Positions 1 to 10,573 of a DNA stretch of 64,000 bases are shown one piece after another; positions within the stretch are counted from its first letter, which is position 1; every line of letters begins with the position of its first letter. The stretch covers positions 1,516 through 65,515 of the forward strand of contig CAYLNK010000002.1 in assembly GCA_964384675.1 (NCBI GenBank), written 5' to 3'. Source of the stretch: an uncultured Holophagales bacterium (GTDB taxonomy: Bacteria > Acidobacteriota > Thermoanaerobaculia > UBA5066). Position numbers and translations under genes: made by a program. Below the pieces are notes generated by a model. It was given only the letters and a program-made list of their open reading frames with translations, was not told where the DNA came from and searched no databases.

Positions 1-273
1 CGGGGAGACGAGGACCGACTGGAGGAACCCCTCGCGGCGGTCCTCGATGACCGAGATCGTCGCGAAGATCGAGGCGAAGAGGACGACGAGGATGACGGTG
101 CCGGGGAAGAAGTAGGCCGAGAAGGAGCTTCCCGACGACCGGAACGACGAGCCGAATCCGGAGCCGAGGAGGACCCATGCGAAGAGGGGCGGGACGACGG
201 CGCCGACGATCCGGCTCGGCTGGCGGAAGAAGCGAACGAGCTCGCGCCGCGCCAGGGCCAGGGCCGGGCTCAC
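1..273 (-). CDS. ABC-2 type transporter permease, N-terminal part (gene continues past window start)
   Basis: Reverse-strand translation from the GTG at 273 gives MSPALALARRELVRFFRQPSRIVGAVVPPLFAWVLLGSGF..., typical of an ABC-2 permease N-terminus. The start overlaps the stop of the upstream ATPase (GTGA). There is no stop within the window, so it is absent from the ORF track. Confidence 0.6.
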   Translation of the reverse strand, partial: MSPALALARRELVRFFRQPSRIVGAVVPPLFAWVLLGSGFGSSFRSSGSSFSAYFFPGTVILVVLFASIFATISVIEDRREGFLQSVLVSP

Positions 274-1214
274 TCGTCGGCCTCCCGGAAGCGCCGGCCC
301 GTCTTGGCGACGAAGACGTCCTCGAGCGACGGGGCGCCGAGCGTCACGGAGCGGAACCGGCCGGGGAACGCCTCCACCAGCGGAGGGATGAACTCGTGGG
401 CGACCCGCGGCTGGAGGCGCACCGTCGGCCCGACGGTCGTGGGCGTCCCGGCCTGGGCTCCGAAGCGGGCGACGATCTCCCCGGCCAGGCGGGGCGCGTC
501 CTCGGGCTCGGGCGTCTCGACCACGAGGACGTCGCCGCCGAGCGTCTGCTTCAGCTCGCGCGGAGTCCCGAGGGCCAGGAGGTGACCCCGGTCGAGGATG
601 CCGATCCGGTCGGAAGCCTCGGCCTCGTCGAAGAGGTGTGTCGTGATGAGCACGCAGGTCCTGTCCTTGTGGGCGAGCTCGCGGAGCAGCTCGCGCAGGT
701 CGCGGCGGGCCCCCGGGTCGAGCCCGGTCGAGGGCTCGTCGAGGAGGAGCACCGTGGGGCGGTGGAGGAGCGACTTGGCGAGCTCGACGCGGCGCGCGAG
801 ACCGCCGGAGAGCGTCTCGACGAGGTCCGTCTTGCGGTCCAGGATCGAGAAGCGCGCGAGGAGCTCCTCGCCCCGGGTCCGGAGGGCCTCGCCCGAGAGC
901 CCGTACAGCTCCCCCTGGATCCGCACGTTCTCCCAGACGGTCAGCTTCTTGTCGAGGCTGGGCGCCTGGAAAACGACGCCGAGCGCGCGCCGGAGGGCCT
1001 GCAGGTCCCGCTCCGGCGAGAGCCCCTGCACGAGGAAGCTCCCCGAGGAGGGCGGCAGGAGCGTCGCCAGGATCCGGAACAACGTGGTCTTGCCGCCGCC
1101 GTTCGGGCCGAGCAGGCTGAACACCTCGCCGGGCTCGACGGCGAGCGAGACGCGATCGAGGGCGACACGATCCCCGTAGCGGCGGGTCAGCTCGCGGACG
1201 TCGACGGCGGGCAC
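270..1214 (-). CDS. ABC transporter ATP-binding protein (ABC-2/NosF-like family)
   Basis: 314-aa ORF with Walker A GPNGGGKTT, ABC signature LSGGLARR and Walker B LLLDEPSTGLD. GTG start at 1214 lies 4 nt after the ctaB stop. Confidence 0.9.
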   Translation of the reverse strand: MPAVDVRELTRRYGDRVALDRVSLAVEPGEVFSLLGPNGGGKTTLFRILATLLPPSSGSFLVQGLSPERDLQALRRALGVVFQAPSLDKKLTVWENVRIQGELYGLSGEALRTRGEELLARFSILDRKTDLVETLSGGLARRVELAKSLLHRPTVLLLDEPSTGLDPGARRDLRELLRELAHKDRTCVLITTHLFDEAEASDRIGILDRGHLLALGTPRELKQTLGGDVLVVETPEPEDAPRLAGEIVARFGAQAGTPTTVGPTVRLQPRVAHEFIPPLVEAFPGRFRSVTLGAPSLEDVFVAKTGRRFREADE

Positions 1215-1218
1215 GCGG

Positions 1219-2085
1219 TCAGGCGATCCGGTCGACGACCAGGAGGAGCAGGATCGCGGGGAGCCAGGCGATCGAGAACAGGAACAGCGTCAGGGCCGTC
1301 GCGTCCGTGGTGCGGCGCGCGAAGCGCCAGCCGAGGAGCAGGAAGAGGCCGGAGAGGAGGAACGCGATCACGCCGTACAGCGTGCCGGCCATCCCGGTGA
1401 ACGACGGCAGAAGGCTGATCGGCAGCAGCGCGACGCACCAGAGGAGCGCTTCGCGGCCGGAGCGGCGCCCCGACGGGTCGACCGTCGCCAGGATGCGGAT
1501 CCCGGCGCGCCCGTAGTCCTCGCGGTGGCGCCAGCCGATCGCGAGGAAGTGAGGCAGCTGCCAGACGAAGAGGATGGCGAACAGCACCAGGCCGGGCGTC
1601 CCGATGGCGCCGGTGACGGCCGTGTAGCCGCCCAGGGGCGGGAGGGCGCCCGGGATCGCCCCGACGATCGTCGACAGCGGCGAGCGGGTCTTCAGCGGCG
1701 TGTAGGCGAAGACGTAGCTCGTCAGGGTGAGGGCGGCGAGGAGAGCCGTCAGCGCGTTCGCGAAGAGGTAGAGCTGAACCGTCCCCGCCACCGAAACCAG
1801 GAGGGCGAACGAGAAGGCGAGGCCGACGGGGAGGCGTCCGTCGGGGAGCGGACGGTTGCGTGTGCGCGCCATCCGCCGGTCCACCTCCACCTCCCAGAGC
1901 TGGTTGAACGCGCTGGTGCCGCTCGCGACGAGCGCGGTGCCGGCGAGCGTGTGGAGGAGGAGCCCGAGGTCGATCGAGGAGAGCGAGCCCTCGAGACCCG
2001 CGACGAACCCGACGGCGGCGGTGAGCACCACGAAGAACGTGATCCGGGGCTTGGTCAGCGAGATCAGGTCGCGCAGCGTGCTCAC
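1219..2085 (-). CDS. ctaB: Protoheme IX farnesyltransferase (heme O synthase)
   Basis: The C-terminal 288 aa of ORF 1219..2826 is a UbiA-family prenyltransferase (NRPLPDGRL motif, multiple TM segments). The upstream 250 aa is low-complexity GC-frame readthrough. GTG start at 2085 overlaps the ctaA stop (GTGA). Confidence 0.85.
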   Translation of the reverse strand: MSTLRDLISLTKPRITFFVVLTAAVGFVAGLEGSLSSIDLGLLLHTLAGTALVASGTSAFNQLWEVEVDRRMARTRNRPLPDGRLPVGLAFSFALLVSVAGTVQLYLFANALTALLAALTLTSYVFAYTPLKTRSPLSTIVGAIPGALPPLGGYTAVTGAIGTPGLVLFAILFVWQLPHFLAIGWRHREDYGRAGIRILATVDPSGRRSGREALLWCVALLPISLLPSFTGMAGTLYGVIAFLLSGLFLLLGWRFARRTTDATALTLFLFSIAWLPAILLLLVVDRIA

Positions 2086-3050
2086 GCGGGGACCCCCGCT
2101 GCGGCGGGCGCGGCCGGGGACGAGGCCACCGAGGCCCGTGACGGCACCGGGCGCAGCGCCCGCGCCAGCGTCTGGGCCGCGGCGACGCCGACGACCCAGG
2201 TGAGCGCGCCCATCGCGAGGTGCGCCGTGGTCACCGGTACCGCCTTCCTCGTGTAGACCGAGAGGCCGCCGAGGACGACCTGGGTGACCAGGAGGGCGAT
2301 CCACGCGCTTCCGAGGAAGCCGAGAAGCCGCGACGCGGGGGCGAGGCGCCGGAGCGCGAACGCCGCCGAGAGGACGAGGACCGTCACGAGGAGGGCTCCC
2401 GCCCGGTGCGACATGTGGATCGCCACGCCGCGCTGCACCATCTGCGTGGCCGTGGGCCAGAGCCGGCCGAACGCGAGCGGGAGGTCCGGGACCGCGAGCC
2501 CGGCCGCGGTGTGGCGCATCACGGCGCCGAGGAGGATCTGGAGGTAGACGGCGGCCGCCGCCCAGAGCGCCGCCCGGTACGCGAGCCGGAGGGGCCTTTC
2601 GGGCGCCGCAGAGACGAGCGACCCGTCCTCGAAGCCGGGGCTCGCCCGGAGGGCCAGCGAGACGCACAGGGCGAAGACGATCTCGGCGAGCCCGGCGTGG
2701 GCCGACGACACGGCGGGCGGGAGCAGGAAGAGGACGGTGACGCCGCCCAGAACCGCCTGGAGCAGGATCGCGACGAACGCCAGGACCGAGAGGATCCGCA
2801 GATCGCGGCGCCGCGAGAAGCGCCACACGATCGCGACCTGGATCCCGACGAGGAACGAGACCGCCGCCGCCACGAGCCGGTGCCCGTGCTCGTAGAAGAT
2901 CCCGCCCACCATCGGCGGCATCAGACGGCCGTACGAGAGCGGCCAGTCCGGCACCGCGAGGCCCGACTCCGTCGAGGTCACGAGCGCGCCGGCCACCAGG
3001 AGCAGAAAGACGCCCGTCGCCACGACGCGGGTGGTGTGCTTGACGATCAC
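2082..3050 (-). CDS. ctaA: Heme A synthase (COX15/CtaA family)
   Basis: 322-aa polytopic membrane protein with conserved His residues in TM helices (HRLVAAAV, HMSHR) and DWP motif. Its position immediately upstream of ctaB supports the call. Confidence 0.85.
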   Translation of the reverse strand: MIVKHTTRVVATGVFLLLVAGALVTSTESGLAVPDWPLSYGRLMPPMVGGIFYEHGHRLVAAAVSFLVGIQVAIVWRFSRRRDLRILSVLAFVAILLQAVLGGVTVLFLLPPAVSSAHAGLAEIVFALCVSLALRASPGFEDGSLVSAAPERPLRLAYRAALWAAAAVYLQILLGAVMRHTAAGLAVPDLPLAFGRLWPTATQMVQRGVAIHMSHRAGALLVTVLVLSAAFALRRLAPASRLLGFLGSAWIALLVTQVVLGGLSVYTRKAVPVTTAHLAMGALTWVVGVAAAQTLARALRPVPSRASVASSPAAPAAAGVPA

Positions 3051-3078
3051 GTCGGGGTCGGTCTCCTCGCCGCTCGCC

Positions 3079-3924
3079 TCAGGCAGCCGGCTTGAACGTC
3101 CAGGTGGTGGCCTTGGCTTCCTTGTCTCCCACGGTCACCTGCTGCGTCTGGGTGCCGAGCTTCTCGTGCCACGCCTCGACCGTGTAGGTGCCCGGCGGGA
3201 GGTCCTTGATGGTGAACGTGCCGTCGGCCGCGGTCACCCCGAAGAACGGGTGAGGGAGGACGCCGGCGTACGACAGCATCCAGCCGTGCACGTCGCACTT
3301 GATCTTGACCATCACCTCGGGCTTGTCGAACTTCTTGGTGTACTTCATCCCCTGCACGGGCATTCCCAGGTTGAACGCCTCGTTCTTCTCGGGCAGGGCG
3401 TGGATGTTGTGGAGCGTCGCGTCGCTGTTGAGGATCTCGAGCGGCTGGCCCGCGACGATCCCGAAGACGTGCGGGTGGTACATGCACCCCTGCTGGTCGA
3501 TCTGCACGGGCGTCGTCGGGACCGGGTAGGTCCCCTTGATCCCGTCCTTGACGTAGACGAAGACGTGCTGGAGGCCCTTGTCGGGGCCCACGACGAGGTC
3601 TTCCTTGGCCACCTCCGACGCGTGCGCCTTGGTGCAGAAAGCGTCGGCCGTCATCTTGATCTTCTCGGCGATCGGGACCTCGCCGTCGAACGTGATCTTG
3701 CCGGTGATCGAGGCCGTACCGGTGGCTCCTGCGGCCGGGGCCGCCGCCGCGGCCGGGGCGGCTCCGCCCTCCGCCCCCGCCTTCTTCGCTCCGGCGGCCT
3801 TCGGGCGATCCTCGTCCTCGTCCTCGCTCCCGCCCCCGCACGACACGGAGAGGGCGAGGCCCAGGCCCGCCACGGCGACGGCGGTCAGGATTCGGGCGGT
3901 GGCGGCGTTCTTCGGGCTCAGCAC
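3079..3924 (-). CDS. Lipoprotein, His/Met/Cys-rich, putative copper-binding protein linked to the heme A operon
   Basis: Signal peptide with lipobox LSVSCGGG. Ala/Gly-rich linker, then a C-terminal domain with clustered metal-ligand residues (CMYHPH, HNIH, MPVQGM, CDVHGWM). It ends 29 nt upstream of the ctaA start. Confidence 0.5.
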   Translation of the reverse strand: MLSPKNAATARILTAVAVAGLGLALSVSCGGGSEDEDEDRPKAAGAKKAGAEGGAAPAAAAAPAAGATGTASITGKITFDGEVPIAEKIKMTADAFCTKAHASEVAKEDLVVGPDKGLQHVFVYVKDGIKGTYPVPTTPVQIDQQGCMYHPHVFGIVAGQPLEILNSDATLHNIHALPEKNEAFNLGMPVQGMKYTKKFDKPEVMVKIKCDVHGWMLSYAGVLPHPFFGVTAADGTFTIKDLPPGTYTVEAWHEKLGTQTQQVTVGDKEAKATTWTFKPAA

Positions 3925-4060
3925 GATCGGGCCTCCTTGAAAACGGCGGGAAAGGGCGGCGGCGTGGGCCGTTCCGTCCGGCGGGGAATCCTAGCGGCGG
4001 GGCGGGGGGGCGTCAAACGGGGATCCGCCCCGGGCCCCTCTCGCGTAGAGTTCGGGCGTC

Positions 4061-5167
4061 ATGCACGTCGACTTCGCCCGCCTGTTCCACGTCGCGATGC
4101 CGCTCAAGTTCCGCTTCCGGACGTCCTTCGGCGAGACCACGACGAAGCGCTTCCTGCTGCTCGAGCTCCGCTCGGGCGAGCATGCGGGGTGGGGCGAGTG
4201 CGTGGCCGAGGAAGACCCGTTCTACTCGCCCGAGACGACGGCCACCGCCGAGCACGTCCTGTCCCGTCATCTCCTGCCGCTCGTCCTGGGGCGCGAGCTC
4301 GCGGGTCCCGAGGCGTTCGACGCTCTGGCCGCCCGCGTCCGCGGGCATCGGATGGCCAAGGGGGCCGTGGAGGCCGCGCTTCGCGATCTGGCAGCGCGCG
4401 CGGCCGGGGTCTCGCTCGCCCGCTCGATCGGTGGATCGCGGATCGCGAACGAGGTCGGCGTCTCGCTCGGCCTCTCGTCCAGCGTCGCCGAGACCGTGGA
4501 GAACGTGAGGCGCCACGTGGGCCAGGGCTACCGGCGGATCAAGCTGAAGATCGAGCCGGGCGCGGACGTCGACCGGGTCTCGGCGACACGGGAGGCGTTC
4601 CCCGACATCCCGCTCACGGTGGACGCGAACGCGGCGTATCGGCCCGAGCAGGCCGACCTCATCCGCGCGCTCGACCCGTTCCGGCTGGACTACATCGAGC
4701 AGCCCCTCCACCACGAGGACCTCCTCCGGCACGCCGAGCTCCAGAAGTCGATGCAGACCCCGATCTGCCTGGACGAGTCGATCCGATCGGCCGAGGACGC
4801 CCGCGCCGCGATCGCCCTCGGGGCGTGCCGCGTGATCAACGTGAAGCTCGGGCGGGTGGGCGGCTACGGCGAGGCCCTCCGGATCCACGAGATCGCCGCC
4901 GCGGCCGGCGTCCCGCTGTGGTGCGGCGGCATGCTCGAGGCGGGCGTCGGCCGCGCGCACAACATCGCGCTGGCCAGCCTGCCGGCCTTCAGCAAGCCTG
5001 GCGACACGGCCTCCTCCTCGCGCTACTTCGAGGAGGACCTCGTCGAGCCGGCGCCGGAGGCCACCGACGGTCTCATGCCGGTGCCCACCGGGCCCGGGAT
5101 CGGCGTCGAGGTGCGGCACGATCGCCTCCAGAGATTCGTGACCAGCGTGGCGGAGATCCGTCCGTGA
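4061..5167 (+). CDS. Enolase-superfamily enzyme of the o-succinylbenzoate synthase / N-succinylamino acid racemase (MenC/NSAR) family
   Basis: 368 aa. The KxK (RIKLKIE), DxN, D...E...D metal-ligand arrangement and C-terminal K are typical of MenC/NSAR muconate-lactonizing-enzyme subgroup members. Confidence 0.85.
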   Translation: MHVDFARLFHVAMPLKFRFRTSFGETTTKRFLLLELRSGEHAGWGECVAEEDPFYSPETTATAEHVLSRHLLPLVLGRELAGPEAFDALAARVRGHRMAKGAVEAALRDLAARAAGVSLARSIGGSRIANEVGVSLGLSSSVAETVENVRRHVGQGYRRIKLKIEPGADVDRVSATREAFPDIPLTVDANAAYRPEQADLIRALDPFRLDYIEQPLHHEDLLRHAELQKSMQTPICLDESIRSAEDARAAIALGACRVINVKLGRVGGYGEALRIHEIAAAAGVPLWCGGMLEAGVGRAHNIALASLPAFSKPGDTASSSRYFEEDLVEPAPEATDGLMPVPTGPGIGVEVRHDRLQRFVTSVAEIRP

Positions 5168-6318
5168 GCGCGGCTCCGGAGCGGATCGAAGCGCTCGCCG
5201 CGTATTTCACGGCACGCGCGGACGCGCTCCTCGCGGACCTCGAATCGCTCGTGACGCGCGAGAGCCCGTCGGAGGAGGCGGAGAAGGTCTCTGCCCTGGC
5301 GGCGTGGATCGCCGGCCGGCTCACGCGTTCGGGCCTGGTCCCCGAGGCCGTGCCGTGCGAGGGGCGCGGCGACGCCTTCCGGCTCCGGCTCGGAACGGGG
5401 GAGGGTGGCACGCTCCTGCTGGGGCACCTCGACACCGTGTGGCCGGCCGGAACGCTCGGCGAGATTCCGTTCCGGGTCGAGGACGGCAACGCGCGCGGCC
5501 CCGGCGTCTTCGACATGAAGGGCGGCATCGCCGTGGCGCTGTCGGTCCTCGACGCGATTGCCGAGGGTGCGGTCACGCCGGCCGCGCCGGTGACGCTGCT
5601 CCTCACGCCGGACGAGGAGATCGGGAGCCACGCGTCGCGCGACCTGCTGGTGGCCGAGGCCAGGCGGCGTCAGAGGGTGCTGGTGCTCGAGCCGTCGGGC
5701 GACGGCGGGGCGGCGAAGGTGGCCCGCAAGGGGACGGGCCTCGTCGTGGCCCGCTTCCACGGTGTCGCCTCGCACGCCGGGCTCGACCCCGAGAAGGGGG
5801 CCTCGGCCCTCGCGGAGATGGCCCGGTACGTCCTCTACGCCGAGGCGCTCGCCGACCTCGCCGTCGGGACCAGCGTCGTGCCGACCGTCGCGTCGGCGGG
5901 GACGAAGAGCAACGTGGTGCCCGAGCGGGCGGAGGTGACCGTGGACTACCGGGTGTGGGACGGCGCGGAAGGGGATCGCGTGACCTCGGCGCTCACGTCG
6001 TACCGCTGCGCCGATCCGCGCGTGACGGTCGAGGTCGAGGGGGGCGTCAACCGCCCGCCGATGGAGCCGAGCGACACCTCGCTCGCGATCCACCGTCGGG
6101 CCGCCGCGATCGCCGAGCGGCTCGGGTTCGCGCTGCCGGGGACCCGCGTGGGAGGCGGCTCCGACGGCAACCTGACGTCGGCCGCCGGCGTGTCGACCCT
6201 GGACGGTCTCGGCCCGGCCGGTGCCGGCGCGCACGCCCGGCACGAGAGGCTGGAGGTGGCCGACCTGCCCCGCCGCGCGGCCCTCCTCGCGGCGCTCCTC
6301 GAGGAGGTGCCGTCGTGA
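5164..6318 (+). CDS. M20 family metallopeptidase (carboxypeptidase G2 / N-acyl-amino acid deacylase-like; putative desuccinylase)
   Basis: Starts at a GTG overlapping the menC-like stop (GTGA). HLDTVWP, GVFDMKGG and EPSGDGG motifs are typical of M20 dinuclear zinc peptidases. The upstream part of ORF 3031..6318 is frame readthrough. Confidence 0.8.
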   Translation: MSAAPERIEALAAYFTARADALLADLESLVTRESPSEEAEKVSALAAWIAGRLTRSGLVPEAVPCEGRGDAFRLRLGTGEGGTLLLGHLDTVWPAGTLGEIPFRVEDGNARGPGVFDMKGGIAVALSVLDAIAEGAVTPAAPVTLLLTPDEEIGSHASRDLLVAEARRRQRVLVLEPSGDGGAAKVARKGTGLVVARFHGVASHAGLDPEKGASALAEMARYVLYAEALADLAVGTSVVPTVASAGTKSNVVPERAEVTVDYRVWDGAEGDRVTSALTSYRCADPRVTVEVEGGVNRPPMEPSDTSLAIHRRAAAIAERLGFALPGTRVGGGSDGNLTSAAGVSTLDGLGPAGAGAHARHERLEVADLPRRAALLAALLEEVPS

Positions 6319-7094
6319 CGGCGCGCCTGGCGCTCCGCGAGCTGGCGAGTCCCGCCGAGTTCCGTGAGACGATGGACGTCTCCAAGGAGGCGTGGCAGTT
6401 CGCCGACCGCGAGGTCTCCCCGGCGGCCGACCTGATCGCCGCGACGCACGCCGGAGGCCTGACCGCCGGCGCGTTCCTCGGCAAGCGGATGATCGGCTTC
6501 GTCCATGGGGTGCCTCGGGTCAACCGCGGGGAGCCGTGCCTTCACTCGCACCTCCTCGCCATCCGGCCCGAAGCCCAGGGTAAGCGCCTCTCGGCGAAGC
6601 TGAAGCTGTTCCAGCGCGACTGGAGCCTGGCGCGCGGGATCCGTCTCGTCACCTGGACCTACGACCCGTTCCTGATCAAGAACGCCAAGCTGAACCTGGG
6701 CCGTCTGCGCGCCACGGTCTCGGCGCTGCTGCCCGATTTCTACGGTCACATGGGGGGGATCTACGGGGCCATCCCGACGGACCGCTTCGAGGTGTCGTGG
6801 CGGCTCGACGACCCGATCGTCGAGCGGGCCGCGCGCGGGGAGGAGCCGCTCCCGGGCCGGGACACGAGCGAGCTGCCGGTCGCGCTGCCCGGGCGGAGGC
6901 TTCCGTCCGCTCCGTCGGTGCTCGTCCCGTTTCCCGCCGGCGCGCCGGGCCTCTACCGGACCCACCCCGAGGTGGCGATCGCCGCCCGGCGGAGCTTCGG
7001 GAGGACCGTCACCCGCCTCTTCGAGCGGGGCTACGTGGCGATCGGCGTCGTCGAGCGGCCGGACGGTCCCGCCTATCTCCTCGAGCGCCACTAG
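6315..7094 (+). CDS. GNAT-fold acyltransferase-like protein (putative amino acid N-succinyl/acetyl-transferase)
   Basis: 259-aa ORF starting at a GTG that overlaps the M20 stop. Its size, position and secondary-structure-like pattern fit the GNAT members found in NSAR operons. The family assignment rests on context and weak motif recognition. Confidence 0.5.
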   Translation: MTARLALRELASPAEFRETMDVSKEAWQFADREVSPAADLIAATHAGGLTAGAFLGKRMIGFVHGVPRVNRGEPCLHSHLLAIRPEAQGKRLSAKLKLFQRDWSLARGIRLVTWTYDPFLIKNAKLNLGRLRATVSALLPDFYGHMGGIYGAIPTDRFEVSWRLDDPIVERAARGEEPLPGRDTSELPVALPGRRLPSAPSVLVPFPAGAPGLYRTHPEVAIAARRSFGRTVTRLFERGYVAIGVVERPDGPAYLLERH

Positions 7095-7302
7095 TGGCGT
7101 GTCAGCGAAGAATCCGAAGCGCCTGCCCGGCCCTCGACGCCGATAGCGGCATTGGTGCGCAGACGCTCGGCGAAGATGGAGGAGCCCCTTCAGCCCTCGG
7201 TCTGCGCGCCTGGCTCTCGGCGCCGATCGCCGTCGCATACACCTCGCCTTCCTCGCTGGCGCGCCACTAGAATCCCGTGCGTATCGACCGGAAGGAGAAG
7301 AC

Positions 7303-7590
7303 ATGAAACGTCTCAGCAGCCTCGCCGCCGCCCTGGTCCTGGCGTCCGCCCTGACGGCGTCCGCTCACGATCTGAAGACCGACAGCTTCCAGGTCACCGG
7401 GACCGTCTCCGCCGTCGACGACGGCTCGGTCACCGTGATGAAGGGGAAGGAGCGCTTCCACATCACCCGCGACGCGGCCACGAAGGTCACGGGCGACCTG
7501 AAGGTGGGCGCCAAGGTGACGATCGCGTACAAGATGTACGCGGTCTCGGCCGAGGTGAAGGAAGAGAAGGCCGCCGCGAAGAAGAAGTAG
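7303..7590 (+). CDS. Small secreted protein (95 aa), hypothetical
   Basis: Strong SD (GGAAGGAGAAGACATG). Signal peptide MKRLSSLAAALVLASALTASA with an AxA site. Lys-rich C-terminus. Confidence 0.6.
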   Translation: MKRLSSLAAALVLASALTASAHDLKTDSFQVTGTVSAVDDGSVTVMKGKERFHITRDAATKVTGDLKVGAKVTIAYKMYAVSAEVKEEKAAAKKK

Positions 7591-7635
7591 CGGCTGGCTG
7601 CCGGAGCGGGGGCGCGCTGCCTCCGCTCGTCCGCC

Positions 7636-8718
<1,083 letters not shown>

Positions 8719-8787
8719 GGTGCCGGGGGGCGGCGGCGGGAGGCCGCCGGTGGCACCCGCCCGCGTGGCGGGCGGGTGCTAGGCCGT

Positions 8788-9048
8788 TCAGGCGGGTGTG
8801 GCTTCCGGGGCGGCCGCCGCGGTCTTCTTCTTCGGGGCGCTCGCCGGGGTCCGGTTGGCCCAGCGCTTCTGGAAGCGCTCGACGCGGCCCTCGGTGTCGA
8901 CGAGCTTCGCCTTGCCGGTGAAGAACGGGTGGCAGCTGGAGCAGATCTCGAGCCTCAGCTCGTTCTTCGTGCTGCGGGTCTTCCAGGTGGTGCCGCACGC
9001 ACAGTGCACGCTGACTTCCTGGTACTGCGGGTGGATCTTTTCTTTCAT
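8788..9048 (-). CDS. rpmE: 50S ribosomal protein L31
   Basis: [12 protein letters not shown]..CxCG...[10 protein letters not shown] is canonical for zinc-binding L31. The ATG at 9048 is preceded by GGAGACTCCCTC. The longer ORF track start at 9093 is an upstream in-frame extension. Confidence 0.9.
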   Translation of the reverse strand: MKEKIHPQYQEVSVHCACGTTWKTRSTKNELRLEICSSCHPFFTGKAKLVDTEGRVERFQKRWANRTPASAPKKKTAAAAPEATPA

Positions 9049-9147
9049 GAGGGAGTCTCCCGGCCGCGGCCGCTTTGGTAAGCCCCGGCGCAAACCGCGG
9101 ATACTAGCATGGGCCGCCGGCCGCGTCGGCCGGCCCGCGCCGCGGGA

Positions 9148-10554
9148 TCAGGCGGTTCGCTCGGCCCGGCCCGTGAAGGCCACGAACTCGCCGCTCCGTC
9201 CCTCGCGCAGCATGCCGTGCCGCTTGAGCATCTCGTTGAGGGTCGTCGGCTTCAGGCCCAGGAGCTCGGCCGCGCGCTTCTGAACGCCTCCGGCGCGGTT
9301 CATGGCGGCGGCCAGGAGGGAGCGCTCGTACGCCGCGACGGCGTCCTTGAAGTCGAGCCCGTCCGACGGGAGGGTCGCGGGCCGTGGCACCGAGCGGCGC
9401 ACCGCGTCCGGCAGCTGCTCGACGTCGATCACCCCGTGCCCGAGCACGAGGGCGCGCTCCAGGACGTTCTCCAGCTCGCGCACGTTGCCGGGCCAGTCGT
9501 GGTCGAGGAGGGCCTTCATCGCGCCCGGCGTGACCGACGGGATCGGCCGGCCGTTCTCGGCGGCCGCTCGCGCGACCAGCGCCTCGACGAGCAGGGGGAT
9601 GTCCTCCTTCCGGTCGCGCAGGGGCGGAAGGGCGATCGTGATGACACAGAGCCGGTAGTAGAGGTCCTCGCGGAAGCGCCCCTCGGAGACGAGGCGAGGC
9701 AGGTCGGCGTTGGTCGCCGCGATGACGCGCACGTCCGAGCGGATCGACTCCACCGCGCCGACCGGCAGGAACTCGCGTTCCTGGAGCACGCGCAGGAGCT
9801 TGGCCTGCGTCTCCATCGGCACGGTCCCGATCTCGTCGAAGAAGATCGTGCCGCCGTCGGCCACCTTGAAGAGCCCCTTCTTGTCGGAGACAGCGCCCGT
9901 GAAGGAGCCGCGCACGTGTCCGAAGAGGTTCGACTCCAGGAGGTCCGGCGGCAGCGCGCCCGAGTGGACGGTCACGAACGGGCCCGCCGCGCGCGGGGAG
10001 AGCCGGTGGAGCGCCTTGGCGACGAGCTCCTTGCCGGTCCCGCTCTCGCCGATGACGAGGATGGTCGAGCGGGCCGAGGCGGCTTGCCGCACGGTCTCGT
10101 ACACCTTCTCCATCACGGGCGCCCGGCCCACCAGCTCGCGCAGGTCCTTGCCCTCCCCGAGCCGGGCCTTCAGCGCGCGGTTCTCGACGACGAGGCGCCG
10201 CTTCTCGAGCGCCTGCTTGACGACGTGGACGACCTCCTCGTTCCGGAACGGCTTCGGCAGGTAATGGAAGGCGCCCTCACGCATCGCCGCGATCGCGCTC
10301 TCGACGGACGAGTACGCCGTCACCACGACGACGGGCATCTCGGGCCATCGGGCGCGCACCTCGCCGAGCAGCTCGAGCCCCGGGCGGTCCGGGAGCATCA
10401 GGTCGAGCAGCAGGAGGTCGAACGGCTCGCGGGCGAGGCGCTCCAGGCCCTCACCGGCGCTCGCGGCCTCGCGGGTCTTGAAGCCCGCCTTGGCCAGGAC
10501 CGTGCGCAGGACGTCGCGGATGACCGGTTCGTCGTCGAGGATGAGGATGGTCAT
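9148..10554 (-). CDS. Sigma-54-dependent two-component response regulator (NtrC family)
   Basis: REC domain ([10 protein letters not shown]...D54-like [10 protein letters not shown]). AAA+ sigma-54 interaction domain with GESGTGKE and GAFTGA-like GSFTGA. C-terminal Fis-type HTH. Confidence 0.95.
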   Translation of the reverse strand: MTILILDDEPVIRDVLRTVLAKAGFKTREAASAGEGLERLAREPFDLLLLDLMLPDRPGLELLGEVRARWPEMPVVVVTAYSSVESAIAAMREGAFHYLPKPFRNEEVVHVVKQALEKRRLVVENRALKARLGEGKDLRELVGRAPVMEKVYETVRQAASARSTILVIGESGTGKELVAKALHRLSPRAAGPFVTVHSGALPPDLLESNLFGHVRGSFTGAVSDKKGLFKVADGGTIFFDEIGTVPMETQAKLLRVLQEREFLPVGAVESIRSDVRVIAATNADLPRLVSEGRFREDLYYRLCVITIALPPLRDRKEDIPLLVEALVARAAAENGRPIPSVTPGAMKALLDHDWPGNVRELENVLERALVLGHGVIDVEQLPDAVRRSVPRPATLPSDGLDFKDAVAAYERSLLAAAMNRAGGVQKRAAELLGLKPTTLNEMLKRHGMLREGRSGEFVAFTGRAERTA

Positions 10555-10573
10555 GCCGTGGTCCTCTCGCTGG

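Noticed and set aside
2086-2826. N-terminal 250-aa extension of the ctaB ORF (1219..2826)
   Set aside because: Arg/Pro/Gly-rich and not membrane-like. It overlaps ctaA in another frame. The GTG at 2085 overlapping the ctaA stop gives a normal-length CtaB.
3031-5163. Upstream 2.1 kb of the 1095-aa ORF 3031..6318
   Set aside because: Only the C-terminal 384 aa (from the GTG at 5164) has a recognisable M20 peptidase fold. The upstream part is antisense readthrough across the lipoprotein and menC-like genes with junk composition.
9100-9147. GC-rich inverted repeat GCCGGCCGCGTCGGCCGGC downstream of the response-regulator gene as a terminator
   Set aside because: A stem is present but there is no U-tract on the relevant strand. 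It might still be a rpmE promoter-region structure. Left as unassigned.
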